From NCBI GenBank assembly GCA_002010065.2, contig MTMD02000002.1, positions 224,001 through 288,000 on the forward strand: 64,000 nt of DNA, read 5' to 3'. Numbering within the stretch: the stretch's first letter is position 1; each line of letters starts with the position of its first letter. A program made the translations under genes and the position numbers. The notes beneath the pieces are model-generated. The model was given only the letters and a program-made list of their open reading frames with translations. It had not been told where the DNA came from and did no database searches. Origin of the DNA: Candidatus Pyrohabitans jungbluthii (GTDB taxonomy: Archaea > Hydrothermarchaeota > Hydrothermarchaeia > Hydrothermarchaeales > BMS3B). Shown here in pieces: positions 18,949 through 28,992 of the stretch.

Positions 18949-20790
18949 ATGGCAAAGCTGGATATTGCTGTTAACGAACCGGGAATGCGAGTATTTCTTC
19001 TGGGCAACCTGGCTATAGCCAGGGGCGCCCTCGAAGCGGGAGTAAGAGTTGCCAGCGCGTATCCGGGCACGCCTTCAAGCGAAATCCTCGAGGCTATAGC
19101 TGGCGTCGCACCAAAGCTTGGGATACATGCTGAGTGGAGTACCAACGAGAAGGTTGCCCTAGAGGTGGCGATTGGTGCAAGCTATGCCGGTGCGAGAGCA
19201 ATGGCGGCGATGAAGCACGTGGGCGTGAACGTAGCCTTAGACGCCCTCGCTACGCTTGCCTACACAGGGGTTAACGCTGGTCTGGTGCTGGTGAGCGCTG
19301 ACGATCCCGGGATGCACTCCTCGCAGAATGAGCAGGACAACCGCCTCCTGGCGAGGTTTGCGAAGATCCCATGCCTAGAACCCTACGATGCGCAGTCTGC
19401 GAAGGACTACACAAAAGCAGCGTTTGAGCTGTCCGAAAAGTTCCAGACGCCTGTGATGTTGCGCACCACCACGCGGGTAAGCCACGCGAAGGGCGACGTG
19501 ACGCTGGGTGAGCTTCCTGATTATGAAAAACAGAAGCCTCGCTTTGTAAAAGATGCAAGACGCTACGTTTGCGTGCCCGCGCACTCGCGAGCGCTTCATC
19601 CTGTGCTAAATAACAAGCTTGCCCAGCTTGAGAAGTACGCCAGCGATAGCGAGCTGAATCGCATGCATCTCGAAGGCGAGAAAGGAATAGTCGTCGCAGG
19701 AGTGGCGCGCAACTATGTGCGCGAGGCGATTGAAAGCCTGGGCGTTGAGGTATCGCTTCTCGAGCTGGGATTCACCCACCCCTTACCCAGAGAGCTGGTG
19801 AAGCGCTTCTTGAGCAGCGTAAGCGAAGTGCTCGTGGTGGAGGAGCTTGAGCCCTTCCTTGAGGAGCAGATAAGGGCGATGCAGAGCGACATTGTGGTGA
19901 GGGGCAAGGATTTACTGCCCCGCGAGGGTGAATTTACACCGGAGCTTGTGGAGGAGGCGATTGCCCGCTTCCTTGGGGTTGAACACTCGCCTCCGCCCCG
20001 GCGAATGGCAAAACTTGAGCTACCCCCGCGTCCGCCGGTGCTCTGTCCCGGCTGTAGCCATAGAGCGCTTTTCTATGCCCTGAAGAGGGTCACAAGGCGA
20101 AAGATCTACGCGGGCGACATAGGCTGCTATACCCTGGGCGCTCTCGAACCACTGAAAGCGATGGACACCTGTCTATGCATGGGCGCCGGTGTGAGCCAGG
20201 CTCAGGGCTTCTACCATGCAGGCATAGACGAGGACGTGGTGGCGATAATAGGGGACTCCACATTTCTCCATGCGGGTATGCCCGCGCTCCTCAACGCCGC
20301 CTACAACAGCGCCGACATCCTGGTAATAATCCTGGATAATCGCACCACTGCGATGACAGGACACCAGCCCCATCCAGGCGTTGGGGTGACAGCCACAGGC
20401 AGCGAAACCAGACCGGTGGACTTCATTGCTCTGGCAAAAGCCCTGGGTGCCGAGTACGTGGCAAAGGTCAAGCCAAACGACTTTGAGGAAACGGTGCGCG
20501 TGCTTGAAGAGGCACTTTCCAGGCGAGGGCTGCGCGTGGTAATCGCTGAAGAACCCTGCGCTCTCCTTGGTAGAAAGCTGGGGCTGTGGAAGACCCCGCC
20601 CAGAGTTACTCCGGAGCGCTGCGAGGGCTACCTCTGCAGCGCGTGCAGAGCTTGCTTAAGGATTGGCTGCCCGGCGGTGGGCTGGGAAGATGGTAAAGCC
20701 AAGATAATAGAGGAGCTGTGCACAGGCTGCGGGCTCTGCGTTAGCGTGTGCCCAAATGAGGCAATCGTGGGAGGTGAGGAGGAGTGCTGA
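18949..20790 (+). CDS. iorA: Indolepyruvate:ferredoxin oxidoreductase alpha subunit
   Basis: YPGTPSSE, NEKVA, MKHVG, SSQNEQD, LCPGCSHR, DIGCY, GDSTF, TTAMTGHQ, C-terminal ferredoxin. Confidence 0.95.
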   Translation: MAKLDIAVNEPGMRVFLLGNLAIARGALEAGVRVASAYPGTPSSEILEAIAGVAPKLGIHAEWSTNEKVALEVAIGASYAGARAMAAMKHVGVNVALDALATLAYTGVNAGLVLVSADDPGMHSSQNEQDNRLLARFAKIPCLEPYDAQSAKDYTKAAFELSEKFQTPVMLRTTTRVSHAKGDVTLGELPDYEKQKPRFVKDARRYVCVPAHSRALHPVLNNKLAQLEKYASDSELNRMHLEGEKGIVVAGVARNYVREAIESLGVEVSLLELGFTHPLPRELVKRFLSSVSEVLVVEELEPFLEEQIRAMQSDIVVRGKDLLPREGEFTPELVEEAIARFLGVEHSPPPRRMAKLELPPRPPVLCPGCSHRALFYALKRVTRRKIYAGDIGCYTLGALEPLKAMDTCLCMGAGVSQAQGFYHAGIDEDVVAIIGDSTFLHAGMPALLNAAYNSADILVIILDNRTTAMTGHQPHPGVGVTATGSETRPVDFIALAKALGAEYVAKVKPNDFEETVRVLEEALSRRGLRVVIAEEPCALLGRKLGLWKTPPRVTPERCEGYLCSACRACLRIGCPAVGWEDGKAKIIEELCTGCGLCVSVCPNEAIVGGEEEC

Positions 20791-21368
20791 CGAATGTGCT
20801 CATCGCCGGCGTGGGAGGGCAGGGCATAATACTGCTCAGCGACGTTCTTGGGAATGCAGCAATACGCTCCGGCCTAGGCGTTCGCGGGAGTGAGACCCAC
20901 GGCATGGCTCAGCGCGGGGGCAGCGTGGTGGCTCATATCAGGATAGGCAACGCAAGGTCGCCGCTTATACCAAAAGGAAGGGCAGATTATCTCGTAGCTT
21001 TGGAGCCCCTGGAAGCGCTCCGCTACCTGGATTACCTAGCTGAGCACTGCATCGCCGTGGTGAGCACCACTCCAATTCCGCCAGCATCTACCCATGGCAA
21101 GGTAGCTGGCTACCCCAGCGTTAAAGCGATACTGGATGAGCTTTCTGAGTATGCCGAGGTTTACCCCATTGACGCTTTAGCTCTGGCAAAGCGCGCGGGT
21201 AGTGTGCTCACCGGCAATGTGGTGATGCTCGGTGCCCTGAGCGCTCTTCGTGGTTTCCCCCTTAAGCAAGAGGTTCTTAAGGAGAGCATCGCCTCCCGCG
21301 TTCCCCTCAAAACCATAGATATGAACCTTACCGCCTTTAAGCTGGGAAGAAAGGCTGTTAAAGGGTAG
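20784..21368 (+). CDS. iorB: Indolepyruvate:ferredoxin oxidoreductase beta subunit
   Basis: GVGGQG, ETHGMAQRGGSV, EPLEALR, NVVMLGA. Confidence 0.95.
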   Translation: MLTNVLIAGVGGQGIILLSDVLGNAAIRSGLGVRGSETHGMAQRGGSVVAHIRIGNARSPLIPKGRADYLVALEPLEALRYLDYLAEHCIAVVSTTPIPPASTHGKVAGYPSVKAILDELSEYAEVYPIDALALAKRAGSVLTGNVVMLGALSALRGFPLKQEVLKESIASRVPLKTIDMNLTAFKLGRKAVKG

Positions 21369-21443
21369 TGGTGTGCAAACTCATGCTCTGGGGAAGTTTT
21401 ATATAACTCAACGAGCAACTTTCCTTAGCCTGGAGGTCTTGCC

Positions 21444-22751
21444 ATGAAAGAGACCAAAGTACTCCTTGATTTAGACGAGATGCCGAAGAAGTGGTATAAC
21501 ATTTTAGCTGACCTTCCTGAGCCCCTGCCGCCACCTCTTGATCCGAAAACAAGGGAGCCGGTTAAGCCCGAGATGCTGGAGGTCATCTTCCCCAAAGAGC
21601 TCATAAGGCAGGAGGTTAGCCAGGAGCGTTACATTCGTATACCCGAAGAGGTGCGCGAGGCTTACTTCCAGATTGGCAGGCCAACGCCGCTGTATCGTGC
21701 CCGCCGCCTGGAGCGCTACCTCAACACACCGGCGAAGATATACTACAAGCGCGAGGACGTAAGCTTCGCGGGTTCTCACAAGCCCAACACGGCTATAGCC
21801 CAAGCGTACTACAACGTCAAAGAGGGTGTGGAGCGCCTCACCACAGAAACCGGCGCCGGGCAGTGGGGCACCGCTTTAAGCTTGGCAGGTGCGCTCTTCG
21901 GTATAGACGTCACCGTATTTATGGTGGCGATTAGCTATCACCAGAAGCCATACCGCAGGATTATAATGGAGCTTTACGGCGCGGATGTTGTGCCCTCGCC
22001 CAGCGACAGGACGGAGTACGGGCGAAAGGTTCGCGAGGAGAATCCTGACCACCCTGGTAGCCTTGGCATAGCGATAAGCGAAGCCATAGAGATGGCTGTC
22101 AAGGACGAGAAGACCAAGTACTCCTTAGGCTCGGTGCTCAACCACGTGCTCCTGCATCAGACCGTGATTGGCCAGGAGGTGCTCCTCCAGCTTGAGAAGA
22201 TAGATGTAACGCCGGACGTGATGATAGGCTGCGTTGGCGGGGGAAGCAACTTCGCTGGCTTCGCGTATCCAATGCTGGGCAAGAAGCTTCGTGGCGAGCT
22301 CGATGAGGTGCGCTTCTTAGCGGTTGAGCCGAAGTCCTGCCCCACACTGACAGAGGGCAAGTACGAGTACGACTTCGGCGACACTGCAGGCATGACGCCA
22401 TTGCTAAAGATGTACACCTTAGGTCACGACTTCGTACCTTCGCCGATTCATGCAGGCGGACTTCGCTACCACGGCGACGCCCCCTCGCTATGCCTTCTCC
22501 ACCACCTCGGCTACATCGACGCCGTAGCCTACGACCAGCTTCAGACGTTTGAAGCGGGTAAAATATTCACAAAGGCAGAAGGTTTAGTGCCCGCGCCTGA
22601 GACAACGCATGCGATACGTGCAGCCATTGACATTGCCCGCGAGTGCAAGCGCACCGGTGAGGAGAAGGTGATTGTGTTCAACCTTTCGGGGCATGGTTTG
22701 CTTGACCTTCAGGGTTACGCGGACTACCTAGCGGGCAAGCTGAAGCCCTAG
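21444..22751 (+). CDS. trpB2: TrpB2 (TrpB-like PLP-dependent enzyme)
   Basis: [53 protein letters not shown]. Confidence 0.93.
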   Translation: MKETKVLLDLDEMPKKWYNILADLPEPLPPPLDPKTREPVKPEMLEVIFPKELIRQEVSQERYIRIPEEVREAYFQIGRPTPLYRARRLERYLNTPAKIYYKREDVSFAGSHKPNTAIAQAYYNVKEGVERLTTETGAGQWGTALSLAGALFGIDVTVFMVAISYHQKPYRRIIMELYGADVVPSPSDRTEYGRKVREENPDHPGSLGIAISEAIEMAVKDEKTKYSLGSVLNHVLLHQTVIGQEVLLQLEKIDVTPDVMIGCVGGGSNFAGFAYPMLGKKLRGELDEVRFLAVEPKSCPTLTEGKYEYDFGDTAGMTPLLKMYTLGHDFVPSPIHAGGLRYHGDAPSLCLLHHLGYIDAVAYDQLQTFEAGKIFTKAEGLVPAPETTHAIRAAIDIARECKRTGEEKVIVFNLSGHGLLDLQGYADYLAGKLKP

Positions 22752-22831
22752 CCACGCTTTTTTACTTCTTTTTTACAGCTTTTTATTATTTGGAAATATG
22801 TTTATATTGTGGATGGCTTTAATTTTTACAT

Positions 22832-22987
22832 ATGAGACTCCTTCCGCCAGAGAGTTTAAAGTATAGGGCAATAAGGGAGGCTGTGCTGTGGGAGGACAAC
22901 AACAATGCCTACCGTCGCTTTTTACTGTACATAAGGGCGAGGAGGGTAGCCAACATTCTTAAAGCACATGTTGAACAAACTCTATAA
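22832..22987 (+). CDS. Putative small protein (51 aa), below the ORF-track threshold
   Basis: MRLLPPESLKYRAIREAVLWEDNNNAYRRFLLYIRARRVANILKAHVEQTL. TTTATAT at 22801-22807 suits a leaderless start. Confidence 0.45.
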   Translation: MRLLPPESLKYRAIREAVLWEDNNNAYRRFLLYIRARRVANILKAHVEQTL

Positions 22988-23011
22988 AGGGAAGTGTTCT
23001 TAACAGGTAGT

Positions 23012-24463
23012 TTATTCAATCCCGTACTCATTCCAACGCCTGTCCACCAGGCGCTTTACCTCCTCGCTCATCTCCACGCTGGGAGGCCATTCTCTGGGGT
23101 AGCCCTCCTCCTTCCACTTGCGCGTCGCGTCTATTCCCAGCTTGGAGCCGTAGTTGGGGAGCGAGGGAGCGTGATCGAGGGTGTCTGTGGGCGTGCCCGG
23201 GATTATCACAACGTCGCGAGCTGGGTCAACACTGCTGCTCACCGCCCACAGCACTTCGCTGGCATTGTGCACATCCACGTCGTCGTCCACAACAACTATC
23301 GCCTTGGTGAACATCATCTGTCCCAGTCCCCACAGTGCGAACATCACCTTCTTCGCATGCCCGGGATAGCGCTTTCTGATGGAGACTATAGCAAGGTTGT
23401 GGAATACCGCCTCGACGGGCAGGTTGATGTCCACTATCTCGGGGAGTTGCATCTTTATTAGAGGTAAGAAGATGCGCTCCACCGCCTTGCCAAAGTAGGC
23501 ATCTTCCATGGGTGGCTTTCCTACCACCGTGGCAGGGTAAATCGCATCCTCACGGTGGGTGATGCAGGTGACGTGAAATACTGGGAAATAATCCGGCATA
23601 GAGTAGTAGCCTGTGTGGTCGCCGAAGGGGCCCTCAAGGCGCTCTTCAGCGGGGTCCACATAACCTTCTATTACAAACTCCGCCCACGCTGGCACCTCTA
23701 AGTCCACAGTTCTGCACTTCACAAGCTCTACACCACGCTTTCGCAGGAAGCCCGCGAAGAGAAGCTCATCAAAGCCTTCTGGGAGAGGGGCGATAGCAGA
23801 GAATATGGTCGCCGGGTCAGCGCCAAGTGCTACAGCCACCTCGAGGCGTTGCCCCTGCTCTTTAGCCCTGCGGAAGTGCTCTGCCCCATGCTTGTGAATC
23901 TGCCAGTGCATGCCGGTGGTGCGAGCATCGTAAACCTGCATGCGGTACATGCCCACGTTGCGCTTGCCCGTAGCAGGGTCCTTGGTGAACACCAGCGGTA
24001 GCGTTATGTAGCGCCCGCCGTCGAGGGGCCAGGTTTTCAGAATGGGAAGCTTCTCCAGGCTTGCCTCTTCTCCTTCAAGCACTACCTCCTGGCAGGGGGC
24101 GCGCTTCACCAGCTTTGGCGGGAAGGAGAGGGCCTCCTTAATCTTTGCCAGGCTTGAGAGCTTCTCCTTTATGCTTGCCGGCACATTCGGCATGAGCAAC
24201 TCAGCGAGAGATTCGCCTATGCTCTCAAAGCGATCAACACCCAGGGCGAGCTTCATCCTCTCATAGCTTCCGAAGAGGTTAGCTGCAACCGGAAACTCGC
24301 TCCCCTTAACATTCTCAAAGAGCAGCGCAGGGCCGCGGCGCTTGGAAACGCGGTCCACTATCTCAGAAATTTCAAGCACCGGGTCGACTTCTGCCTTTAC
24401 ACGTTTAAGCATGCCGCGTTCTTCCAGGGCAGCGATGAACTCACGGAGGTCGCGATATGTCAT
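23012..24463 (-). CDS. ubiD: UbiD-family decarboxylase (menaquinone biosynthesis decarboxylase type)
   Basis: DLREFI, NVGMYRMQ, EGPFGDHTGYY, DTLDHA, GSKLGIDAT. menG lies nearby. Confidence 0.9.
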   Translation of the reverse strand: MTYRDLREFIAALEERGMLKRVKAEVDPVLEISEIVDRVSKRRGPALLFENVKGSEFPVAANLFGSYERMKLALGVDRFESIGESLAELLMPNVPASIKEKLSSLAKIKEALSFPPKLVKRAPCQEVVLEGEEASLEKLPILKTWPLDGGRYITLPLVFTKDPATGKRNVGMYRMQVYDARTTGMHWQIHKHGAEHFRRAKEQGQRLEVAVALGADPATIFSAIAPLPEGFDELLFAGFLRKRGVELVKCRTVDLEVPAWAEFVIEGYVDPAEERLEGPFGDHTGYYSMPDYFPVFHVTCITHREDAIYPATVVGKPPMEDAYFGKAVERIFLPLIKMQLPEIVDINLPVEAVFHNLAIVSIRKRYPGHAKKVMFALWGLGQMMFTKAIVVVDDDVDVHNASEVLWAVSSSVDPARDVVIIPGTPTDTLDHAPSLPNYGSKLGIDATRKWKEEGYPREWPPSVEMSEEVKRLVDRRWNEYGIE

Positions 24464-24504
24464 GAGTAAGGAGTTGCCTGTATGGTAATAAAACCTTTTG
24501 CCTG

Positions 24505-24625
24505 ATAGGGGCGCCTTCCCCGCCCCTATTACCCCTTCCTCACCATGATAGGACGCCTTCCCGCTTCGTCACGCCGGAAGCTTCGCTTCCGGGTAACCAT
24601 CAGCGTTACCCGAGCATAGCGAGGG
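24505..24625 (-). repeat. Dispersed intergenic repeat, modules C then A on the minus strand
   Basis: Exact 35 nt (A) and 39 nt (C) reverse-complement matches to 15794-15828 and 15936-15974. Confidence 0.9.
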
Positions 24626-24650
24626 TGACAAAAGACGGAGCCCCCTCTTG

Positions 24651-25079
24651 CTACAGCCTTATGAGCACTATGGCAATAAACGCGAGGAGTATTCCCAGAC
24701 CCCTGGTAATGGTGAGCTTTTCCCCGTAAACCAGCAGAGAAACCAGCACCACGAGCATGCCGTTGAGGCTCATCACCGGCGTGGCGAGCGAGCCTGGGCC
24801 GCGCTGCAACGCAAGCTGGTAAAAAAGCGTCCCTGCTAAGCTGAAGACACCTATCGCCGCGCCTAAGGCGAGAGATTTCAGCGCCACACTCTTTTCTGGT
24901 TCAACTGCACCAACTGAGAGATAGTACACCACAGCCAAAACGCCTGCGGTTAAGTAGAGGGCAAGGGCTATAATCACCTCGTTTAGCTCGCTCTCTGCAC
25001 CAACCTTGAATAGAACATTTACCATGCCATAGGAGAGAAAAGAGCCCACGGCGAGCAGAAACCAGCCGGGATTTTCCAT
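24651..25079 (-). CDS. EamA/DMT family small transporter
   Basis: Five TM helices, ALQRGPGSLATPV, YGEKLT..GILL. Confidence 0.8.
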   Translation of the reverse strand: MENPGWFLLAVGSFLSYGMVNVLFKVGAESELNEVIIALALYLTAGVLAVVYYLSVGAVEPEKSVALKSLALGAAIGVFSLAGTLFYQLALQRGPGSLATPVMSLNGMLVVLVSLLVYGEKLTITRGLGILLAFIAIVLIRL

Positions 25080-25167
25080 GGATACCACCTCAAACTTTCT
25101 TATGTACTCATAATTGTTGCTGCGACTGAACATTAAGTTTACATAGCTCGCCTGCGTAATCGCATGC

Positions 25168-25875
25168 ATGCAGCTTGGCGAGGAAAAGCCGAAGTATGTG
25201 CGTAGGATGTTCTCCGCCATAGCACAGCGCTACGACTTGGCGAATTCTCTGCTCAGCCTGCGCAGAGATGCATACTGGCGCAGGTTCGCAGCAGACGTGG
25301 CAGAGCTCAGCGATGGTGGCATTGCCCTCGATGTAGCCACGGGCACAGGTGAGCTCGCCTTTGAGCTTGCTAAGCGGGTGAGCAAGGGAGGCGTAGTTGG
25401 CGTGGACTTCAATGCAGAGATGCTATCAATAGCAAAGCAGAAAGCAGAGCAGAGGGGGATTAAAAATGTGCACTTCACCCTGGGCGACGCGCTGCGGCTG
25501 TGCTTCCGCGATGAGAGCTTCGACGCTGTTCTCGTGGCCTTTGGCTTAAGGAACTTTGCGGAGATTGAAAAGCCTCTACGCGAGCTTGTGCGCGTGGCAA
25601 AGCGGGGAGGCAGAGTGGTTGTGCTGGAGTTCACCCTTCCGCCCAACAGGTTTCTGAGAAGGCTCTATTCGCTCTACTTCTTCCATGTGTTGCCCTTCCT
25701 GGGTGGGCTTATTACCGGCAAGAGGGAGGCGTATGCTTACCTTCCAGCGTCGGTGGCAGAGTTCCCTTCACCTGAGGAGATTTGCAAGCTTATGGAAAAG
25801 GCGGGGCTTGAGAATGTTAGATATCACCTTCTAACCTTGGGCACAGTTGCAGTTTACGTAGGGCGAAGGAAATGA
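25168..25875 (+). CDS. menG: Demethylmenaquinone methyltransferase (UbiE/MenG)
   Basis: VRRMFSAIAQRYDLAN, LDVATGTG, FGLRN, AYAYLPASV. Confidence 0.92.
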   Translation: MQLGEEKPKYVRRMFSAIAQRYDLANSLLSLRRDAYWRRFAADVAELSDGGIALDVATGTGELAFELAKRVSKGGVVGVDFNAEMLSIAKQKAEQRGIKNVHFTLGDALRLCFRDESFDAVLVAFGLRNFAEIEKPLRELVRVAKRGGRVVVLEFTLPPNRFLRRLYSLYFFHVLPFLGGLITGKREAYAYLPASVAEFPSPEEICKLMEKAGLENVRYHLLTLGTVAVYVGRRK

Positions 25876-26945
25876 CGCGAAGGTTCTGCGTGAGGTGTGG
25901 GAAGCGGAGCGAGAGGCTGATTAACTCTCTCTGCGTGGAGTGCTACGTTGAGCGGGAGGTAGTTTTAGACCTGCCATCCAAAATTAAAGCCAAGGTTTGC
26001 CGGGAATGCAATGCAGTGCTGAAGCACGGGAAGTGGGAGCGTCGTGCGAGGAGCCTTGAGGAGGCTGTCGAAGAGGCTGGCTTCTCGGCGATAGAGGAGA
26101 ACCTGCGCGTTACTGGCATTTCTCAGCCAGAGGTAGGCATTGCCTTTCTCGGGGCTCAGCGAAGCTCACCCAAGGACTTCTTTGCGAGGTACCGCCTCGA
26201 GGTTAAAGGAAGCGCTGGCGAAGAGGAGGTGGAGTTTTCCAGAGAGGTGAAGGTAAATGTAAGGCTCACGCTTTGCGAAAGCTGCCAGCGCAAGGCTTCG
26301 CGCTACTACGAGGCGGTGCTTCAAATTCGCGCTCATGCTCCACTGACCGAGAAGGAACGGCGCGAGCTCTCTGGCTTTGTGCGTCGCGAAGTTGATGCAA
26401 GGTGGAGCGAGGACAAAGCGTTCATCTCCAGCTACGAGGAGAAGAAGGAGGGCATTGATTTCTATCTTGGCTCTGCGAAGCTTGCAAAGAAAATAGCGAA
26501 CCTTTTGTTAGAGAGCTACGGTGGCACAGTAACCACTTCGACTAAGCTCGTGGGCGTAGATGAGAGCGGTAAAAGTGTGCTGCGCTACACCTTTGCGTAC
26601 CGCCTGCCAAGGCTGAGGCGCGGAGACGTGGTGAGGATAGAGGAGAAGGTGTGCGAGGTGCTCAAGCTCAGCAGGGGGAGCGTCTCCCTCCTCGACCTTG
26701 CCACGAGGAAGAGCTTCTCGCTACCGGAGAAACGCCTCTCTGAGGCTGAGATTCTGGGCAGGGCAGAAGACGCGGTAAAGGCGATGGTCACAGAGGTGGT
26801 TAAGGGCAGAGTTCAGGTGCTGGAGTTCAAAGATTACAAAACTTTTTATTTTGATACCCCGCTTCCCTTAGAGGTGGGTCAGGAAGTCCGAATTTTAGAA
26901 GCTAAGGGCAAGGTTTACCTTCTTGCAACACCCCTGGAGGAATGA
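25872..26945 (+). CDS. nmd3: NMD3-family ribosome export/maturation protein
   Basis: FCVRCG, LCVEC, CREC, CESC..YYEAVLQIR, GIDFYLGS, C-terminal OB fold. Confidence 0.88.
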   Translation: MTRRFCVRCGKRSERLINSLCVECYVEREVVLDLPSKIKAKVCRECNAVLKHGKWERRARSLEEAVEEAGFSAIEENLRVTGISQPEVGIAFLGAQRSSPKDFFARYRLEVKGSAGEEEVEFSREVKVNVRLTLCESCQRKASRYYEAVLQIRAHAPLTEKERRELSGFVRREVDARWSEDKAFISSYEEKKEGIDFYLGSAKLAKKIANLLLESYGGTVTTSTKLVGVDESGKSVLRYTFAYRLPRLRRGDVVRIEEKVCEVLKLSRGSVSLLDLATRKSFSLPEKRLSEAEILGRAEDAVKAMVTEVVKGRVQVLEFKDYKTFYFDTPLPLEVGQEVRILEAKGKVYLLATPLEE

Positions 26946-26946
26946 A

Positions 26947-28068
26947 ATGGACGTTGAGGAAAGATTCAGGCTTATTAAGGGCGTGGCAGAGGAAGTTGTC
27001 ACAGATGAAGAACTTCGCCAGCTTCTGGAGACGAAGGCTGAGCCCGTTGCCTATGACGGCTTTGAGCCCAGCGGCTTGGCGCATTTGCCAGTTGGAATAT
27101 ACCGCCCCCTTCTGCTTAAGGACCTGCTTAAGGCTCGAGTGAGATTTAAGCTTCTCTTAGCCGACTCCTTCGCCTGGATAAACAACAAACTGGGAGGGGA
27201 TATAGAGAAGATACGCGACGCTGGCAGGTATTTTATCGAAGTCTGGCGTGCCGCGGGCGTGGACATGCGCCGCGTAGAGGTGGTCTGGCACAAGGAGTTC
27301 TTCTCCGATGAGGACTACTGGAGGAAGGTCATCCTGATAGCAAAGAATCATACGCTGAGGCGAACGCTGCGCAGCTTAGCCATAGCCGGGAGAGAGGAGG
27401 ACGCCTCAAACCCGGCGGCGTTTGTATTCTATCCCAGCATGCAGTGCGCCGATATTTTCCACCTGCACGCGGATATCTGCCAGCTGGGCATGGACCAGCG
27501 CAAAGTGAACATGCTCGCTCGCGAAATAGCAGACAAGAAGGGCATGGTGAAGCTTCTTGGCTACGAGGGGTGCGGCGCTAATGGCAAACCCGTCGTGGTG
27601 AGCCATCACATGCTTCTCGGGTTGCAGGGCTTCGCCTCGAAGGTGGAGAGCAGCAGACAGAAGGTGAGCACAGCTTTAGAGGCGAAAATGTCCAAGTCTA
27701 TGCCGGAGAGCGCCATCTTTGTGCACGATTCTAAGCAGGAGATAAAGCGCAAGATTTCAAAGGCGTATTGCCCCATGAAGGAGGTGGAGGGCAACCCCAT
27801 CCTGGACTACACCAAGGAGATAATCTTCCGCGCCTTTACAGAGTTCACAATAGAGAGGCCCGCGAAGTACGGGGGCGATGTTACCTACTACTCCTACGCT
27901 GAGCTTGAGAAGGACTACCGCGAAGAGAAGCTTCATCCCCAGGACTTGAAGAACGCCGTGGCTGAGTACTTAGACAGGCTGATAGCACCTGTGAGGGAGC
28001 ACTTCGAGAAAAACCGCGAGGTGAGAGAGCTTTACGAGAGGGTTAAGAGCTATAAGGTTACGCGGTGA
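26947..28068 (+). CDS. tyrS: Tyrosine--tRNA ligase
   Basis: AYDGFEPSG, YPSMQCAD, LGMDQRKVNMLARE, KMSKS, LHPQDLK. Confidence 0.94.
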   Translation: MDVEERFRLIKGVAEEVVTDEELRQLLETKAEPVAYDGFEPSGLAHLPVGIYRPLLLKDLLKARVRFKLLLADSFAWINNKLGGDIEKIRDAGRYFIEVWRAAGVDMRRVEVVWHKEFFSDEDYWRKVILIAKNHTLRRTLRSLAIAGREEDASNPAAFVFYPSMQCADIFHLHADICQLGMDQRKVNMLAREIADKKGMVKLLGYEGCGANGKPVVVSHHMLLGLQGFASKVESSRQKVSTALEAKMSKSMPESAIFVHDSKQEIKRKISKAYCPMKEVEGNPILDYTKEIIFRAFTEFTIERPAKYGGDVTYYSYAELEKDYREEKLHPQDLKNAVAEYLDRLIAPVREHFEKNREVRELYERVKSYKVTR

Positions 28069-28092
28069 GGGTACACGCAGGGGTAAGCGTAT

Positions 28093-28953
28093 TTATCTCC
28101 CAACCTCCCTCCTCAACTCCCCAAGTGTGGTCAGCCTCTCGGCAACAGCGTTGTGCTGGTGGATGCTCTCAAGGCTCTCACTCTTCGCGTACACCACGGT
28201 CTCGTCGGGCAGCGAGGGGAACCTCTCAAGAGTGTTGACCAGGATTTTGCGTACTGTATCTTCGACGAAGTTGGGGTTGAGATGGGCGCGGTAGACCACC
28301 TCCACCTCGTCTTCACGCTTCAGCACCTCGTAAAGGCGCGAACTCATGGAGCTCTCGAGTATGTCAATGATATCATCCACCTCTATTCGCTCCCCCTCGA
28401 CAACGCTCAGCATTAGCGTTGAGATGTTGCGCTGATTGTGGCTCGCCACGGGTACAGAGTTGAATATCGTTTGTATCTCCTCCTCTGAGAATTTCCCCTT
28501 GAGCTTTTCTCGCGTCTTCTCAACCAAGCCTTCGTGGGCGCACGGGCAAGCGGTTATCCCGGTGACCTCTGCACCAATCATCGGCGTAATCTCCCCGCCC
28601 TCAAGGGTTGCCCTTGCAAGAATCTGGTACATCTCCTGCGTCTCCTGCTTTGTTATGGGGGTACGCCTGAACACTATGTACTCAGCACGCATGTGCAGCT
28701 CGGCACGCTCAAGCTCGGGCAGAGACTCGCTAATTTGCCTCAGTGCAAGCGCAGGAAGCTCCTCCGGCGAGGAAATACCCTTCGCCACAACCTCGTCTAT
28801 GGCAGAGGTTACAACCTCCTGCACTTCATGCACCTGTACCCGCGCAGGTGGGTAGAGGAAAACCTCTATCTTGGGCAGGAGCACAACCACATTGCCCTGC
28901 GTGTGAAGCTCCACCAGGCGCTCTATTCCCTGAAATCCGAGGAGATACTCCAT
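28093..28953 (-). CDS. mptA: GTP cyclohydrolase MptA/FolE2 family
   Basis: GITACPCA, SHNQR, LKREDE, NPNFVED, ESIHQHNA. Confidence 0.88.
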   Translation of the reverse strand: MEYLLGFQGIERLVELHTQGNVVVLLPKIEVFLYPPARVQVHEVQEVVTSAIDEVVAKGISSPEELPALALRQISESLPELERAELHMRAEYIVFRRTPITKQETQEMYQILARATLEGGEITPMIGAEVTGITACPCAHEGLVEKTREKLKGKFSEEEIQTIFNSVPVASHNQRNISTLMLSVVEGERIEVDDIIDILESSMSSRLYEVLKREDEVEVVYRAHLNPNFVEDTVRKILVNTLERFPSLPDETVVYAKSESLESIHQHNAVAERLTTLGELRREVGR

Positions 28954-28992
28954 AAAAATCGACGTAGCCTTGGCGGTTAACCTCTACAAAAA

